A DNA stretch of 58,737 bases, filler included, from Nemertoderma westbladi (taxonomy: Eukaryota > Animalia > Xenacoelomorpha): NCBI GenBank assembly GCA_032718475.1. It is 3 parts of 3 records of this genome, joined end to end, with 100 filler letters (N's around TTAATTAATTAA, not from the genome) between each part and the next. Parts side by side here need not be neighbours in the genome. Positions count along the whole stretch, not along the records: positions 1 to 25,107 come from JAUCBJ010004496.1; 2 more parts are not named here. One strand, written 5' to 3'. The notes beneath the pieces are model-generated. The model searched no databases. It was not told where the DNA came from and saw only the letters and a program-made list of their open reading frames with translations. Of this stretch, positions 1 to 11,510 are shown piece after piece (within the stretch, counting starts at the first letter, position 1; the number at the start of each line of letters is the position of its first letter). Made by a program: the position numbers and the translations under genes.

Positions 1-175
1 TCTCTGCCGCCTTTCTTTCCGCTTCTGCTGTTGCCATTGCCTCTGCCGCCTTTCTTTTCGCTTCTGCTGTTGCCATTGCCTCTGCCATCTTCCTTTCAAG
101 ACCCTGTCCAAGTCTAAGACTCATTCTAACCCCTTCCAAAAGACTATCTGACAGTGCCCGTTTTGTGTCAGACAT
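1..175 (-). CDS. gag: Gag N-terminus of BEL copy A (partial), with 13-aa repeats
   Basis: ATG at 175 gives MSDTKRALSDSLLEG..., matching MSDTKQNLSDSLLD at 29147. A 39-bp tandem repeat (~2-88) encodes AEAMATAEA(K/E)RKA. The frame is open to the window edge. Confidence 0.7.
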   Translation of the reverse strand, partial: MSDTKRALSDSLLEGVRMSLRLGQGLERKMAEAMATAEAKRKAAEAMATAEAERKAAE

Positions 176-1524
176 TTTTGTTTGTACAGTTGAATGCCTA
201 CTGCTATATTACAGTTAAAGCAAGTCTAGTAATTCAGTATCACTGCAAGCCTAGCGATTAATTACCGATACCCTTACTCGGTGTAACGTGATATATATAC
301 AATATATTAGAATACCGGTATGCTTATAGTATATATATAAGTATTATTACAGACTAGATTTGTCACAGAGTACCGGTATATAATTTTAGCACAAATATAT
401 ATAAATATATAATAGGCCTATCGTGAATACCGGTATGCAGCTTACACTTCTAGTATATAAGTATAATTCTGGACTAGAATTAATTACAGAGTACCGGTAT
501 GATTTCAGCCTAAATTTATCGAATAAATATAATAAGCCTATTGTAAATACCGGTATGTCAATTATTTTAAAATAATTGAATTTCTGAATGTTAGGGGTTA
601 CTTGGTTACTTTACTTACTTTATTACTGTTATTTAAGCAGTAGTCCAACTGATATGGAGACCTAGTTGTTGTATGGCAGGCCTACTATTTATAAATCGTT
701 TGAGTTGATTTATAATATTTATATACCCGTTTAAAATGGGTTTTGTCAATATTTGAAATAAATGTTATTATTTCTGGGAAGTAATCACTACACAAAAGCT
801 GTGCGCTCTCAGTGAAGTGCTACTTATTAGACACTAAAACAGATAATTCTAATTTACCTAAGTTACTTAATACTACAAATTACTTACGATACGGGTGAGA
901 TTAATTCTCTAATTAAACACAACAAAAATATTACGTACGAAATTTTAGGGTAATTTTACAGGAAGTCTACAAACCAGCCTAACAAAGGGTTAGATTTCTG
1001 GTTATCACAACGGACAGGGTACTACGGTATTTGAAAATAATAAGTAGTAGTAAATATATTGCACTGTCCAGATAGGAAAATACCACCGCCTGACGACCTA
1101 TAGCCGTATCGCTATAGGTACTACGTTATGTATCACGGAGTGTTCCTACCTGGAAGTTAATTACCGCGGACTACCAGATCCAATGTGCCTATTAACCACT
1201 TTACAACACAAATATACTGCCTACACACTAATTACTTTCGGAAAGCACTGTACACTAAACCCTAAATTAGGTACAAGTACTGGTACAACAAATAATCAGT
1301 AGTTAAATATACTTGAACAGTTAAAAGAACCACGGCATCTGCTGGAGTGACTGGAGCACAAAGTCACCAGTCTTTACCTACGCCTAGCAGCCCGTGTAGT
1401 ACCGGGGTTAATTTAACTATAACGGTATGTGTAACAAGCACAATTACTGTAGGAATAAACTTGGGGACATGAATGTTGCGAATAATCGCATAAACTCTGA
1501 ATAATAAATATTACGCTACCCGTA

Positions 1525-2075
1525 CAGAATACTCAAACAAAATACAAACCAAACGCTGGCAGACTACCACCAAGCCTAAATAAACTACAGTATGTGCAGA
1601 TTCCAAAATGGTTAGTTAGTATGCGTTCTAACACGGTAGTACGACTTATTCTTTAAGAGGGGATTGACCTTACAGCTATGGCTGCCCCAACTTACTAACT
1701 GGCACTCTATCGGACAAACTCTACACACGCAGTAATCTCTTCAGACCTAATAATAGCTAGACAACAATCCAGCCTACAAAATATCTGAGTAATAACTATT
1801 ACGGTACCTGAACAGACCACACAAACAAACACAGGCCAAAACGTTGGCAGAATACTGTCAAGCCTAAATAAACTACAGTATGTGCAGATTCCAAAATGGT
1901 TAGTTAGTATGCGTTCTAACACGGTAGTACGACTTATTCTTTAAGAGGGGATTGACCTTACAGCTATGGCTGCCCCAACTTACTAACTGGCACTCTATCG
2001 GACAAACTCTACACACGCAGTAATCTCTCCAAACCCAACAACAATCCGACAACAGTCCGGCCTACAATTATCAGA
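1525..2075. repeat. 288-bp direct repeat (2 copies) in the BEL leader
   Basis: CAAGCCTAAATAAAC...GTAATCTC is identical from 1571 and from 1859. The same 288-bp period occurs in copy B (30524/30812). Confidence 0.9.
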
Positions 2076-2246
2076 ACAATCTGAGCAGACTTACACGTCT
2101 TCAGCTCAATATTAACTTACATGTAAATAAAACCGACAGAAATAAGTAAAATCTCAATAAAAAACCAGGGCGGCCGTCCCTGATTAAATCTAAGACCTAC
2201 CAGTATACAATAATCAAAATCGAATAATACTAATGTACTTATACTG

Positions 2247-2372
2247 GAAGTACCGGTTAGGACAGTTGGGCCTACGGACCTACAGAAGTACCGGTTCTGG
2301 CAGTTGGACCTACGGACCTACAGCAGTACCGGTTCTGGCAGTTGGGCCTACTGACCTACAGAAGTACCGGTT
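2247..2372. repeat. 38-bp tandem repeat (~3.3 copies)
   Basis: G(A/C)AGTACCGGTT recurs at 2247, 2285, 2323 and 2361. It is not expanded in copy B. Confidence 0.85.
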
Positions 2373-3669
2373 CAGGTTTACCGGTCGACCGGTACTTTCA
2401 ACTTTATTGCTTACTGCAATAAAGACAATAACTGTTATTGTACGCGCTTTTGAAGACCTTTAGCAGTTTAACCTGCCAAAATTTATATGTCTTTTGGTTT
2501 ATAAATAGACTTTAGAAATTGACAAATATTTAATACCAATAAACACAACATTAGCAGAAGCCAGCCTAGTGCGCGTCCATTCACCTGCTGGATATACCCG
2601 GGAGACTGGATTCTGAGGGCTTAGATTATTATTGCAGTGTAAGCTTACTGTATTATTCGATTGATCGTTAATAAATAATTTCTGACTAATATTATTCACT
2701 TTCGGGAAATATTAACAGTTCCTTTAGGACGTGGCGCTCTATCTAGGTAAACAGAGATATGACTTATACTAATCACAACGGTAAGTCGGTAAGGCTTATG
2801 ATTCACGTATGAGGCGCATTCTTTAGGAAATGCTTAGTTATCAGCCACAATCATGCACACTACCGGTAACGCACAATACTGCTCACTAATTTGCCGACCG
2901 TCAATGAATTTTATCATATATAAAGAGAACAGAAACTGACTCATGTAGTGCTTATCAAATAGCATTAAATTCACTACAAACCACAATAATATGAGTCGCA
3001 ATCGCTATATGTAACCTGTCTCTCTAACCTGTAGTGTATCAAGAAAATTGGGAAATTTGGGTTCTTTATAAATGTTCTCCAAATAATATTCAACCAACTG
3101 ATACAAAATATGACAACAGTAAAAAGCATTAAGACGGTATGTTAAGTTATGATATGAACTGATAACAGTTATACGCTCTATAATCTTAAGCCTACTAATG
3201 TTTCTTCCAAAGTCTGAAACGAATTGACTCTAGAGCCGGTGTTCCTGGCCTAGATAGAAACAACACAACAGTATCAAGAAAAACAGTAAGACTGAACACT
3301 CCTAGCATGATCTGCCAAAATATCTCCACATCGACAGAAAAAATCGCTCTGATTGGCTGTTAAGCTAAACAAAGAACCATGTGTCCAATGGCCGTTTTCA
3401 TGTCAGCAACCAGCTGTTAGATGTCGTAAGCTGAATCATCAAGGCTAAGCTGTGCCAGGGTATTTGGTGCATTGCGGGTTTTTTGCCTTACCATGTCCGC
3501 CAAAGCACACATATAGAAGAATGACGTTTATGTCCGTTAAAACACCTATAACGGTACCTTGCGGGCGAGGGGGATATATATATAGTTAGAGAGCTTTTTA
3601 GAGTATTCCAGCGCCTGGGGGGAAACTGGATTGCAAAGCAAAAGGGCCAGTTATATCCCACAGAAGCTT

Positions 3670-4078
3670 TTACACCTGCTCATTATGCTCGACATGAGCT
3701 CGGCATTTGATACCGTTGATCATGAGCTGCTCTTAAACATTCTAGAACATGACATAGGCGTAAGTGATGTGGCCCTCCAATGGTTTTGCTCTTACCTAGC
3801 AGACCGGACTCAAAAAGTTAAAGTCGGCAATAGTTACTCAAAGAAAATGTTGCTGCTCATATAACTTTTCATCCACACTTGAATATTATTCAAGTGTGGA
3901 TGAAAAGTTATTTATTAATATAAATATGAATAGCAATAAAACAGAAATGCTGTTGATCCAGTCTAAGTTCGGGTCATCTTTGTAATTATATTATATCCAG
4001 CAGTCCGTGTGCTAGAAACATTGGGGTTACTATGGACACTTATCTACTGTTTGATAAGCAGATAAGAAAAGTTGGTAA
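3670..4078 (+). pseudogene. Degenerate L2/CR1-group LINE reverse transcriptase fragment, internally deleted
   Basis: LDMSSAFDTVDHELLL...ALQWFCSYLADRTQKV RT motif. After the palindrome it resumes with NSNKTEMLLI and an RNIGVTMD-like motif; the QGS and YADD segment is missing. Confidence 0.8.
3861..3911. repeat. Perfect 25-bp-arm palindrome with 1-nt loop
   Basis: ATAACTTTTCATCCACACTTGAATA-T-TATTCAAGTGTGGATGAAAAGTTAT. Confidence 0.95.
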
Positions 4079-4121
4079 GGAGTCATTTATACGTATTCGT
4101 ATACGTATACGTATTCGATAA

Positions 4122-4653
4122 TACGTATTCGAAGGTCCTCACCTGACTTCCGGATCCATGATCCCAGGTAACAGAAGTCATCCACATGCTCAATCATACC
4201 ATCTTTTGAGCTTATGCTCATCCGATCAGAGACTTGCTGAGGACTTTCAAAGTTAACTGACAAAATTATGGTCTTTCTGGAGTTAATAAAAAGACCAACA
4301 CTAGAAGCAGCATGTTCTAATGAGCTGAGGAGCCGTTGGGCTCCCTCTAATGATTCTGAGAGTACTCCTAAGTCATCAGCAAAGTCTAGATCAGTTAGGT
4401 ACTTGGCAGGATTTCCTCGACTTCTGGAGCCAGTAGGTGGAGTTATCATCACCCCATCATCATTATGATGATCTAAGGACATGCGTAAAACATAGACAAC
4501 CACAACAATGATAAACAAGAATGGTGCAAGTGTGTCTCCCTGGAGTACTCCCCATAACACTTCAAATGGTTCTATGCCACCGTCAACAGTAGACACAAAT
4601 GTTGTCGAACCATCGTATACTGATCTGATTGCTGCAATAATTTCATCAGGCAT
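4122..4653 (-). mobile_element. RTE-like LINE family A, internal RT fragment
   Basis: GVLQGDTLAPFLF, DLDFADD and FCYLGS motifs. Near-identical to 15945-16300 where they overlap. Confidence 0.9.
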
Positions 4654-5026
4654 GATTTCACCAGACGAGCAGTACCGTAGTGACGTCAGCAGCAGTGTCA
4701 GTATAATAACAATACAATTGATTTAATTCAGTTAAATAATCTTTATTCTAAATTGGGTTAAACTGTGCAAGAGACTGCAAATGAGAAAAGAGAACGAGTT
4801 CTGTCTTGCGCAACAGAAAATTTTGTTAAATTCTATAGCGAATAGATCCTAGTATTTAAGATAACTGATCGATATCACAAAGATGAATTACTGTAAAAAC
4901 TGCATTTTCAACCTGCCTGTTAAAGGAAATTACTTATATTAATTAACTTACTTTCTATTAAAACTTTAAACTTTAACATTAAAACGGCATCGATTTCACA
5001 AGGAATAATTACTTATGTTAACTTAC

Positions 5027-5341
5027 ATACGTTTATCTTCTGTTTCATGCTCAACTTCAAATCATGGGTGCCCGCTCTATTTCCCGATCGTAAATTACCC
5101 ATTGCTACACAAAAGAAATTCGTACCAAAGTAGATGTTATCTATATCCCTGATGTACAAAGTGCCATCGTCGTCGACAGCGATATTATAATCCGCGGTTA
5201 CTAGAGAAATATCACCATCCTGGAAATAAATAAATATATTCGGTAGAAGCAGACAAGAGGCTGGTCCAGTCACCCTTGGAACGGGGATGGTTGCAATTTG
5301 AACACTAAAGTTAGCCAGAGAGTCCGCCTGCACGACCTCTC
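5027..5341 (-). CDS. Putative Ig-like domain exon (phase 1-1) of a host gene
   Basis: TAG acceptor at 5343-5342 and GTAAGT donor at 5026-5021 bound 315 bp in symmetric phase 1. The peptide has an Ig-like pattern: C...DDDGTLYIRDI...FFCVAMGN. No other exons were found. Confidence 0.55.
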
Positions 5342-5371
5342 CTATATATACGGTAGTTTAGAACGCGTTTG

Positions 5372-5925
5372 CTACTACTACGATCGGCATGCTGCATTAT
5401 ATATATTACATATATATTAATAATTCTGTGACGGCTTGTCGACAAAATTGCGCCGCCATAACTCCCTATCACCCATGACATTTACTAGATCATCCGCATC
5501 TTCCAGACCAGTGTTTTTTAAGATGAGTCTCAAGAAATTCATGGGCTGTCCACCATGCTTATTCGCTCCATGAGGGCGCAAAAAGAACAAGGTAAAAGCA
5601 AGAACAAGAGAACAAGAGAAGAATGCGCTAAAGCACTGGCTGGTCCTCACGGCGAAAGCAATGGACTGCAAAGCGGAGGCGGTTCTGTTTAAATGTCAAG
5701 CTAGGGGAAACTAATGGAACACATCCAATGTTGTAGAGAGGCTTGTTGGAGATGTGTTCATTGTACTTGACACAATGAACCCGGCGTAGCATTCTTGTGC
5801 CTGTGCCATCCAGAGATTTGGTGTCCTCTGCAGTTAGAGACTACCACAAAAGAGTACTGGTGCTACTACTGCCATAAATAATCGAACCTTAAGGTTCCGT
5901 TTTGTTCTATGGGACTTCCAAATGT
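5372..5925 (-). mobile_element. RTE-like family A, degenerate 3' end with (TAG)n tail
   Basis: Homologous to 15391-15910 (KHGGQPM...MGDRELWR). Ends AATGCAGCATGCCGATCGTAGTAGTAG on the minus strand. Confidence 0.88.
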
Positions 5926-5939
5926 TGAAATCCAAATAT

Positions 5940-6260
5940 TGGGAACTCAATACTGTATATTTTCTGATAACACATTGACAGTTTATTTCGCTCGCATAGC
6001 ACTACAGATCTGACCAACATCAATGAAATCTGGTGTTTTGTGTGGTGAAAGAGCATCGGCGTAGAAAAGCTTTATATGTAATTTGAGTAAAATCTATTCA
6101 TACACTGAAAAAGTTACTAGTAATTTATTATAATACTTTACAACACCAAAGTCAACAAATTAATAATATTAATTCGAGGCCTAACGTTCCTCCACATGCA
6201 GCACCTATTTATAAATCCCTCGAAATTACTCCATTAGATTAATTATTGTTAGAACTCTCT
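5940..6260 (+). pseudogene. Possible very old L2/CR1-group remnant
   Basis: Scattered peptide traces (TKVNKL, HAAPIYKSLEITPL) resemble the C-terminus of the LINE at 44507-45193 (IKVNKL, SSLPLYKKLNILPI). Confidence 0.3.
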
Positions 6261-6344
6261 CTCTTGTCTTTCTTTATCCAGAGACTGTTTCATAGTTTCT
6301 GGATGGTGTACTTATACTAGGATGGAATGGATGTTGTTGGATTC

Positions 6345-9300
6345 ACCGGCACTGTGTGTGGCTGACCGCGAGATCTGGGGGCGCTATGTTGCTGGGTCCG
6401 CCGGCACTGATTGTGGCTGACCGTGAGATCTGGGGCTGCTATGTTGCTTGGTGCGCCGGCACTGTGTGTGGCTGACCGTGAGATCTGGGGGCACTATGTT
6501 GCTGGGTCCGCCGGCACTGATTGTGGCTGACCGTGAGATCTGGGGCTGCTATGTTGCTTGGTGCGCCGGCACTGTGTGTGGCTGACCGTGAGATCTGGGG
6601 GCACTATGTTGCTGGGTCCGCCGGCACTGATTGTGGCTGACCGTGAGATCTGGGGCTGCTATGTTGCTTGGTGCGCCGGCACTGTGTGTGGCTGACCGTG
6701 AGATCTGGGGGCACTATGTTGCTGGGTCCGCCGGCACTGATTGTGGCTGACCGTGAGATCTGGGGCTGCTATGTTGCTTGGTGCGCCGGCACTGTGTGTG
6801 GCTGACCGTGAGATCTGGGGGCACTATGTTGCTGGGTCCGCCGGCACTGATTGTGGCTGACCGTGAGATCTGGGGCTGCTATGTTGCTTGGTGCGCCGGC
6901 ACTGTTTACGGCTGGCCGTGAGATCTGGGGGCGCTATGTTGCTTGGTGCGCCGGCACTGTGTATGGCTGGCAGCGAGATCTGGAGGCACTATGTTGCTGG
7001 GTCCGCCGGCACTGTGTGTGGCTGACCTCGAGATCTGGGGGCGCTATGTTGATGGGTCCGCCGGCACTGTGTGTGGCTGACCGTGAGATCTGGGGGCACT
7101 ATGTTGCTGGGTCCGCCGGCACTGTGTGTGGCTGACCGTGAGATCTGGGGCTGCTATGTTGCTGGGTGCGCCGGCACTGTTTATGGCTGGCCGTGAGATC
7201 TGGGAGCGCTATGATGCTTGGGCCTCCGGCACTGTGTGTGGCTGACCGTGAGATCTGGGGCTGCTATGTTGCTTGGTGCGCCGGCACGTGTATGACTGGC
7301 AGCGAGATCTGGAGGCACTATGTTGCTGGGTCCGCCGGCACTGTGTGTGGCTGACCTTGAGATCTGGGGCGCTATGTTACTGGGTCCGCCGACACTGTGT
7401 ATGGCTGACCACGAGATCTGGGGGCACTAAGTTACTGGGTCCGCCGGCACTGTGTGTGGCTGACCGCGAGATCTGGGGGTGCCATGTTGCTGGGTCCGCC
7501 GGCACTGTGTGTGGCTGGCCGCGAGATCTGGGGGCACTATGTTGCTGGGACCGCCGGCACTGTGTGTGGCTGACCGTAAGATCTGGGGGCACTATGTTGC
7601 TGGGTCCGCCGGCACTGTGTGTGGCTGACCTCGAAATCTGGGGCGCTATGTTACTGGGTCCGCCGGCACTGTGTGTGGCTGACCTCGAGATCTGGGGCGC
7701 TATGTTACTGGGTCCGCCGGCACTGTGTGTGGCTGACCTCGAGATCTGGGGCGCTATGTTACTGGGTCCGCCAGCACTGTGTGTGGCTGACCTCGAGATC
7801 TGGGGCGCTATGTTACTGGGTCCGCCGGCACTGTGTGTGGCTGACCGTGAGATCTGGGGGCACTATGTTACTGGGTCAGCCGGCACTGTGTGTGGCTGAC
7901 CTCGAGATCTGGGGCGCTATGTTACTGGGTCCGCCGGCACTGTGTGTGGCTGATCGTGAGATCTGGGGGCACTATGTTGCTGGGTCCAGCGGCACTTTGT
8001 GTGGCTGACCTCGAGATCTGGGGCGCTATGTTACTGGGTCCGCCGGCACTGTGTGTGGCTGACCGTAGGATCTGGGGCTGCTATGTTGCTGGGTCCGCCG
8101 ACACTGTGTGTGGCTGACCGTAGGATCTGGGGTCGCTATGTTGTTGGGTCCGCCGGCACTGTGTGTGGCTGACCGCAAGATCTGGGGCGCTATGTTACTG
8201 GGTCCGCCAGCACTGTGTGTGGCTGACCTCGAGATCTGGGGCGCTATGTTACTGGGTCCGCCGGCACTGTGTGTGGCTGACCGTGAGATCTGGGGGCACT
8301 ATGTTGCTGGGTCCGCCGGCACTGTGTGTGGCTGACCGTGAGATCTGGGGGCACTATGTTACTGGGTCCGCCGGCACTGTGTGTGGCTGACCGCGAGATC
8401 TGGGGGTGCCATGTTGCTGGGTCCGCCGGCACTGTGTGTGGCTGGCCGCGAGATCTGGGGGCACTATGTTGTTGGGTCCGCCGGCACTGTGTGTGGCTGA
8501 CCTTGAGATCTGGGGCGCTATGTTACTGGGTCCGCCGGCACTGTGTGTGGCTGGCCGCGAGATCTGGGGGCACTATGTTGTTGGGTCCGCCGGCACTGTG
8601 TGTGGCTGACCGCAAGATCTGGGGGTGCCATGTTGCTGGGTCCGCCGGCACTGTGTGTGGCTGGCCGTGAGATCTGGGGGCGCTATGTTGCTGGGTCCGC
8701 CGGCACTGTGTGTGGCTGGCCGCGAGATCTGGGGGCGCTATGTTGCTGGGACCGCCGGCACTGTGTGTGCCTGACCGTGAGATCTAAGGCGCTATGTTAC
8801 TTGGTCCGCAGGCACTGTGTGTGGCTGACCGTGAGATCTGGAGGCGCTATGTTGCTGGGTGCGCCGGCTCTGTGTTATGGCTGACCGTGAGATCTGGGGG
8901 CGCTATGTTGCTGGGTCCGCCGGCACTGTGTGTGGCTGGCCGCGAGATCTGGAGGTGCTATGTTGCTGGGTCCCCCGGCACTGTGTGTGGCTGACCGCGA
9001 GATCTGGGGGCGCTATGTTGCTGGGACCACCGGCACTGTGTATGGCTGACCGCGAGATCTGGGGGCACTATGTTGCTGGGACCACCGGCACTGTGTATGG
9101 CTGACCGTGAGATCTGGAGGCGCTATGTTGCTGGGTCCGCCGACACTGTGTATGGCTGGCCGCGAGATCTGGAGGTGCTATGTTGCTGGGTGCGCCGGCA
9201 CTGTGTATGGCTGGCCGCGAGATCTGGGGGCGCTATGTTGCTGGGACCGCTGGCACTGTGTGTGGCTGACCGTGAGATCTGGGGGCGCTATGTTGCTGGG

Positions 9301-10193
9301 TCCGCCGGCACTGTGTATGGCTGGCCGCGAGATCTGGAGGCGCTATGTTGCTGGGTGCGCCGGCTCTGTGTTATGGCTGACCGTGAGATCTGGGGGCGCT
9401 ATGTTGCTGGGTCCGCCGGCACTGTGTGTGGCTGGCCGCGAGATCTGGGGGCGCTATGTTGCTGGGTCCGCCGGCACTGTGTGTGGCTGACCGCGAGATC
9501 TGGAGGCGCTATGTTGCTGGGTGCGCCGGCTCTGTGTTATGGCTGACCGTGAGATCTGGGGGCGCTATGTTACTTGGTCCGCCGGCACTGTGTGTGGCCG
9601 ACCGCGAGATCTGGAGGCGCTATGTTGCTGGGTGCGCCGGCTCTGTGTTATGGCTGACCGTGAGATCTGGGGGCACTATGTTGCTGGGTCCGCCGGCACT
9701 GTGTGTGGCTGACCATGAGATCTGGGGGCGCTATGTTGCTGGGTCCTCCGGCACTGTGTGTGGCTGACCGTGAGATCTGGGGGCGCTATGTTGCTGGGTC
9801 TGCCGGCACTGTGTGTGGCTGGCCGCGAGATCTGGAGGCGCTATGTTGCTGGGTCCGCCGGCACTGTGTATGGCTGACCACGAGATCTGGGGGCGCTATG
9901 TTGCTGGGTCCGCCGGCACTGTGTGTGGCTGACCGCGAGATCTGGAGGCGCTATGTTGCTGGGTCCGCCGGCACTGTGTGTGGCTGGCCGCGAGATCTGG
10001 GGGCGCTATGTTGCTGGGTCCGCCGGCACTGTGTGTGGCTGACCGCGAGATCTGGAGGCGCTATGTTGCTGGGTCCGCCGGCACTGTGTGTGGCTGGCCG
10101 CGAGATCTGGGGGCGCTATGTTGCTGGGTCCGCCGGCACTGTGTGTGGCTGACCGCGAGATCTGGAGGCGCTATGTTGCTGGGTCCGCCGGCA
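6345..10193. repeat. 55-bp GC/CpG-rich satellite, block 1
   Basis: Consensus GCTGACCGCGAGATCTGGGGGCGCTATGTTGCTGGGTCCGCCGGCACTGTGTGTG, with 54- and 56-bp variants. A 110-bp dimer higher-order repeat occupies ~6360-6900. Confidence 0.98.
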
Positions 10194-10507
10194 TACGTTT
10201 ATCTTCTGTTTCATGCTCAACTTCAAATCATGGGTGCCCGCTCTATTTCCCGATCGTAAATTACCCATTGCTACACAAAAGAAATTCGTACCAAAGTAGA
10301 TGTTATCTATATCCCTGATGTACAAAGTGCCATCGTCGTCGACAGCGATATTATAATCCGCGGTTACTAGAGAAATATCACCATCCTGGAAATAAATATA
10401 TATATTCGGTAGAAGCAGACAAGAGGCTGGTCCAGTCACCCTTGGAACGGGGATGGTTGCAATTTGAACACTAAAGTTAGCCAGAGAGTCCGCCTGCACG
10501 ACCTCTC
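10193..10507 (-). pseudogene. Duplicated copy of the Ig-like exon with its donor site destroyed
   Basis: Copy of 5027-5341. The duplication junction replaces GTAAGT with satellite-derived GCCGGC. Confidence 0.5.
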
Positions 10508-10537
10508 CTATATATACGGTAGTTTAGAACGCGTTTG

Positions 10538-11091
10538 CTACTACTACGATCGGCATGCTGCATTATATATATTACATATATATTAATAATTCTGTGACGG
10601 CTTGTCGACAAAATTGCGCCGCCATAACTCCCTATCACCCATGACATTTACTAGATCATCCGCATCTTCCAGACCAGTGTTTTTTAAGATGAGTCTCAAG
10701 AAATTCATGGGCTGTCCACCATGCTTATTCGCTCCATGAGGGCGCAAAAAGAACAAGGTAAAAGCAAGAACAAGAGAACAAGAGAAGAATGCGCTAAAGC
10801 ACTGGCTGGTCCTCACGGCGAAAGCAATGGACTGCAAAGCGGAGGCGGTTCTGTTTAAATGTCAAGCTAGGGGAAACTAATGGAACACATCCAATGTTGT
10901 AGAGAGGCTTGTTGGAGATGTGTTCATTGTACTTGACACAATGAACCCGGCGTAGCATTCTTGTGCCTGTGCCATCCAGAGATTTGGTGTCCTCTGCAGT
11001 TAGAGACTACCACAAAAGAGTACTGGTGCTACTACTGCCATAAATAATCGAACCTTAAGGTTCCGTTTTGTTCTATGGGACTTCCAAATGT
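10538..11091 (-). mobile_element. RTE-like family A 3' fragment (duplicate of 5372-5925)
   Basis: Same sequence at the +5166 offset. Confidence 0.88.
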
Positions 11092-11510
11092 TGAAATCCA
11101 AATATTGGGAACTCAATACTGTATATTTTCTGATAACACATTGACAGTTTATTTCGCTCGCATAGCACTACAGATCTGACCAACATCAATGAAATCTGGT
11201 GTTTTGTGTGGTGAAAGAGCATCGGCGTAGAAAAGCTTTATATGTAATTTGAGTAAAATCTATTCATACACTGAAAAAGTTACTAGTAATTTATTATAAT
11301 ACTTTACAACACCAAAGTCAACAAATTAATAATATTAATTCGAGGCCTAACGTTCCTCCACATGCAGCACCTATTTATAAATCCCTCGAAATTACTCCAT
11401 TAGATTAATTATTGTTAGAACTCTCTCTCTTGTCTTTCTTTATCCAGAGACTGTTTCATAGTTTCTGGATGGTGTACTTATACTAGGATGGAATGGATGT
11501 TGTTGGATTC

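Larger units (their letters stand above)
1..3544 (-). mobile_element. BEL/Pao LTR retrotransposon copy A: 5' LTR, long leader and gag start (cut by window edge)
   Basis: Colinear homology of ~170-3544 with 29140-32435, which lies upstream of a clear BEL/Pao gag-protease. Both homologous blocks begin TGTTTT on the minus strand (3544 and 32435), a typical LTR start. Similarity weakens beyond ~3100. PBS and LTR 3' end not identified. Confidence 0.75.

Noticed and set aside
6345-6460. Hammerhead or HDV-like ribozyme in the satellite unit (retrozyme)
   Set aside because: There is no CUGANGA plus GAAA core. The minus-strand CTCGCGGTC resembles HDV L3/P3, but the nested pseudoknot could not be built. 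An Infernal search would be definitive.
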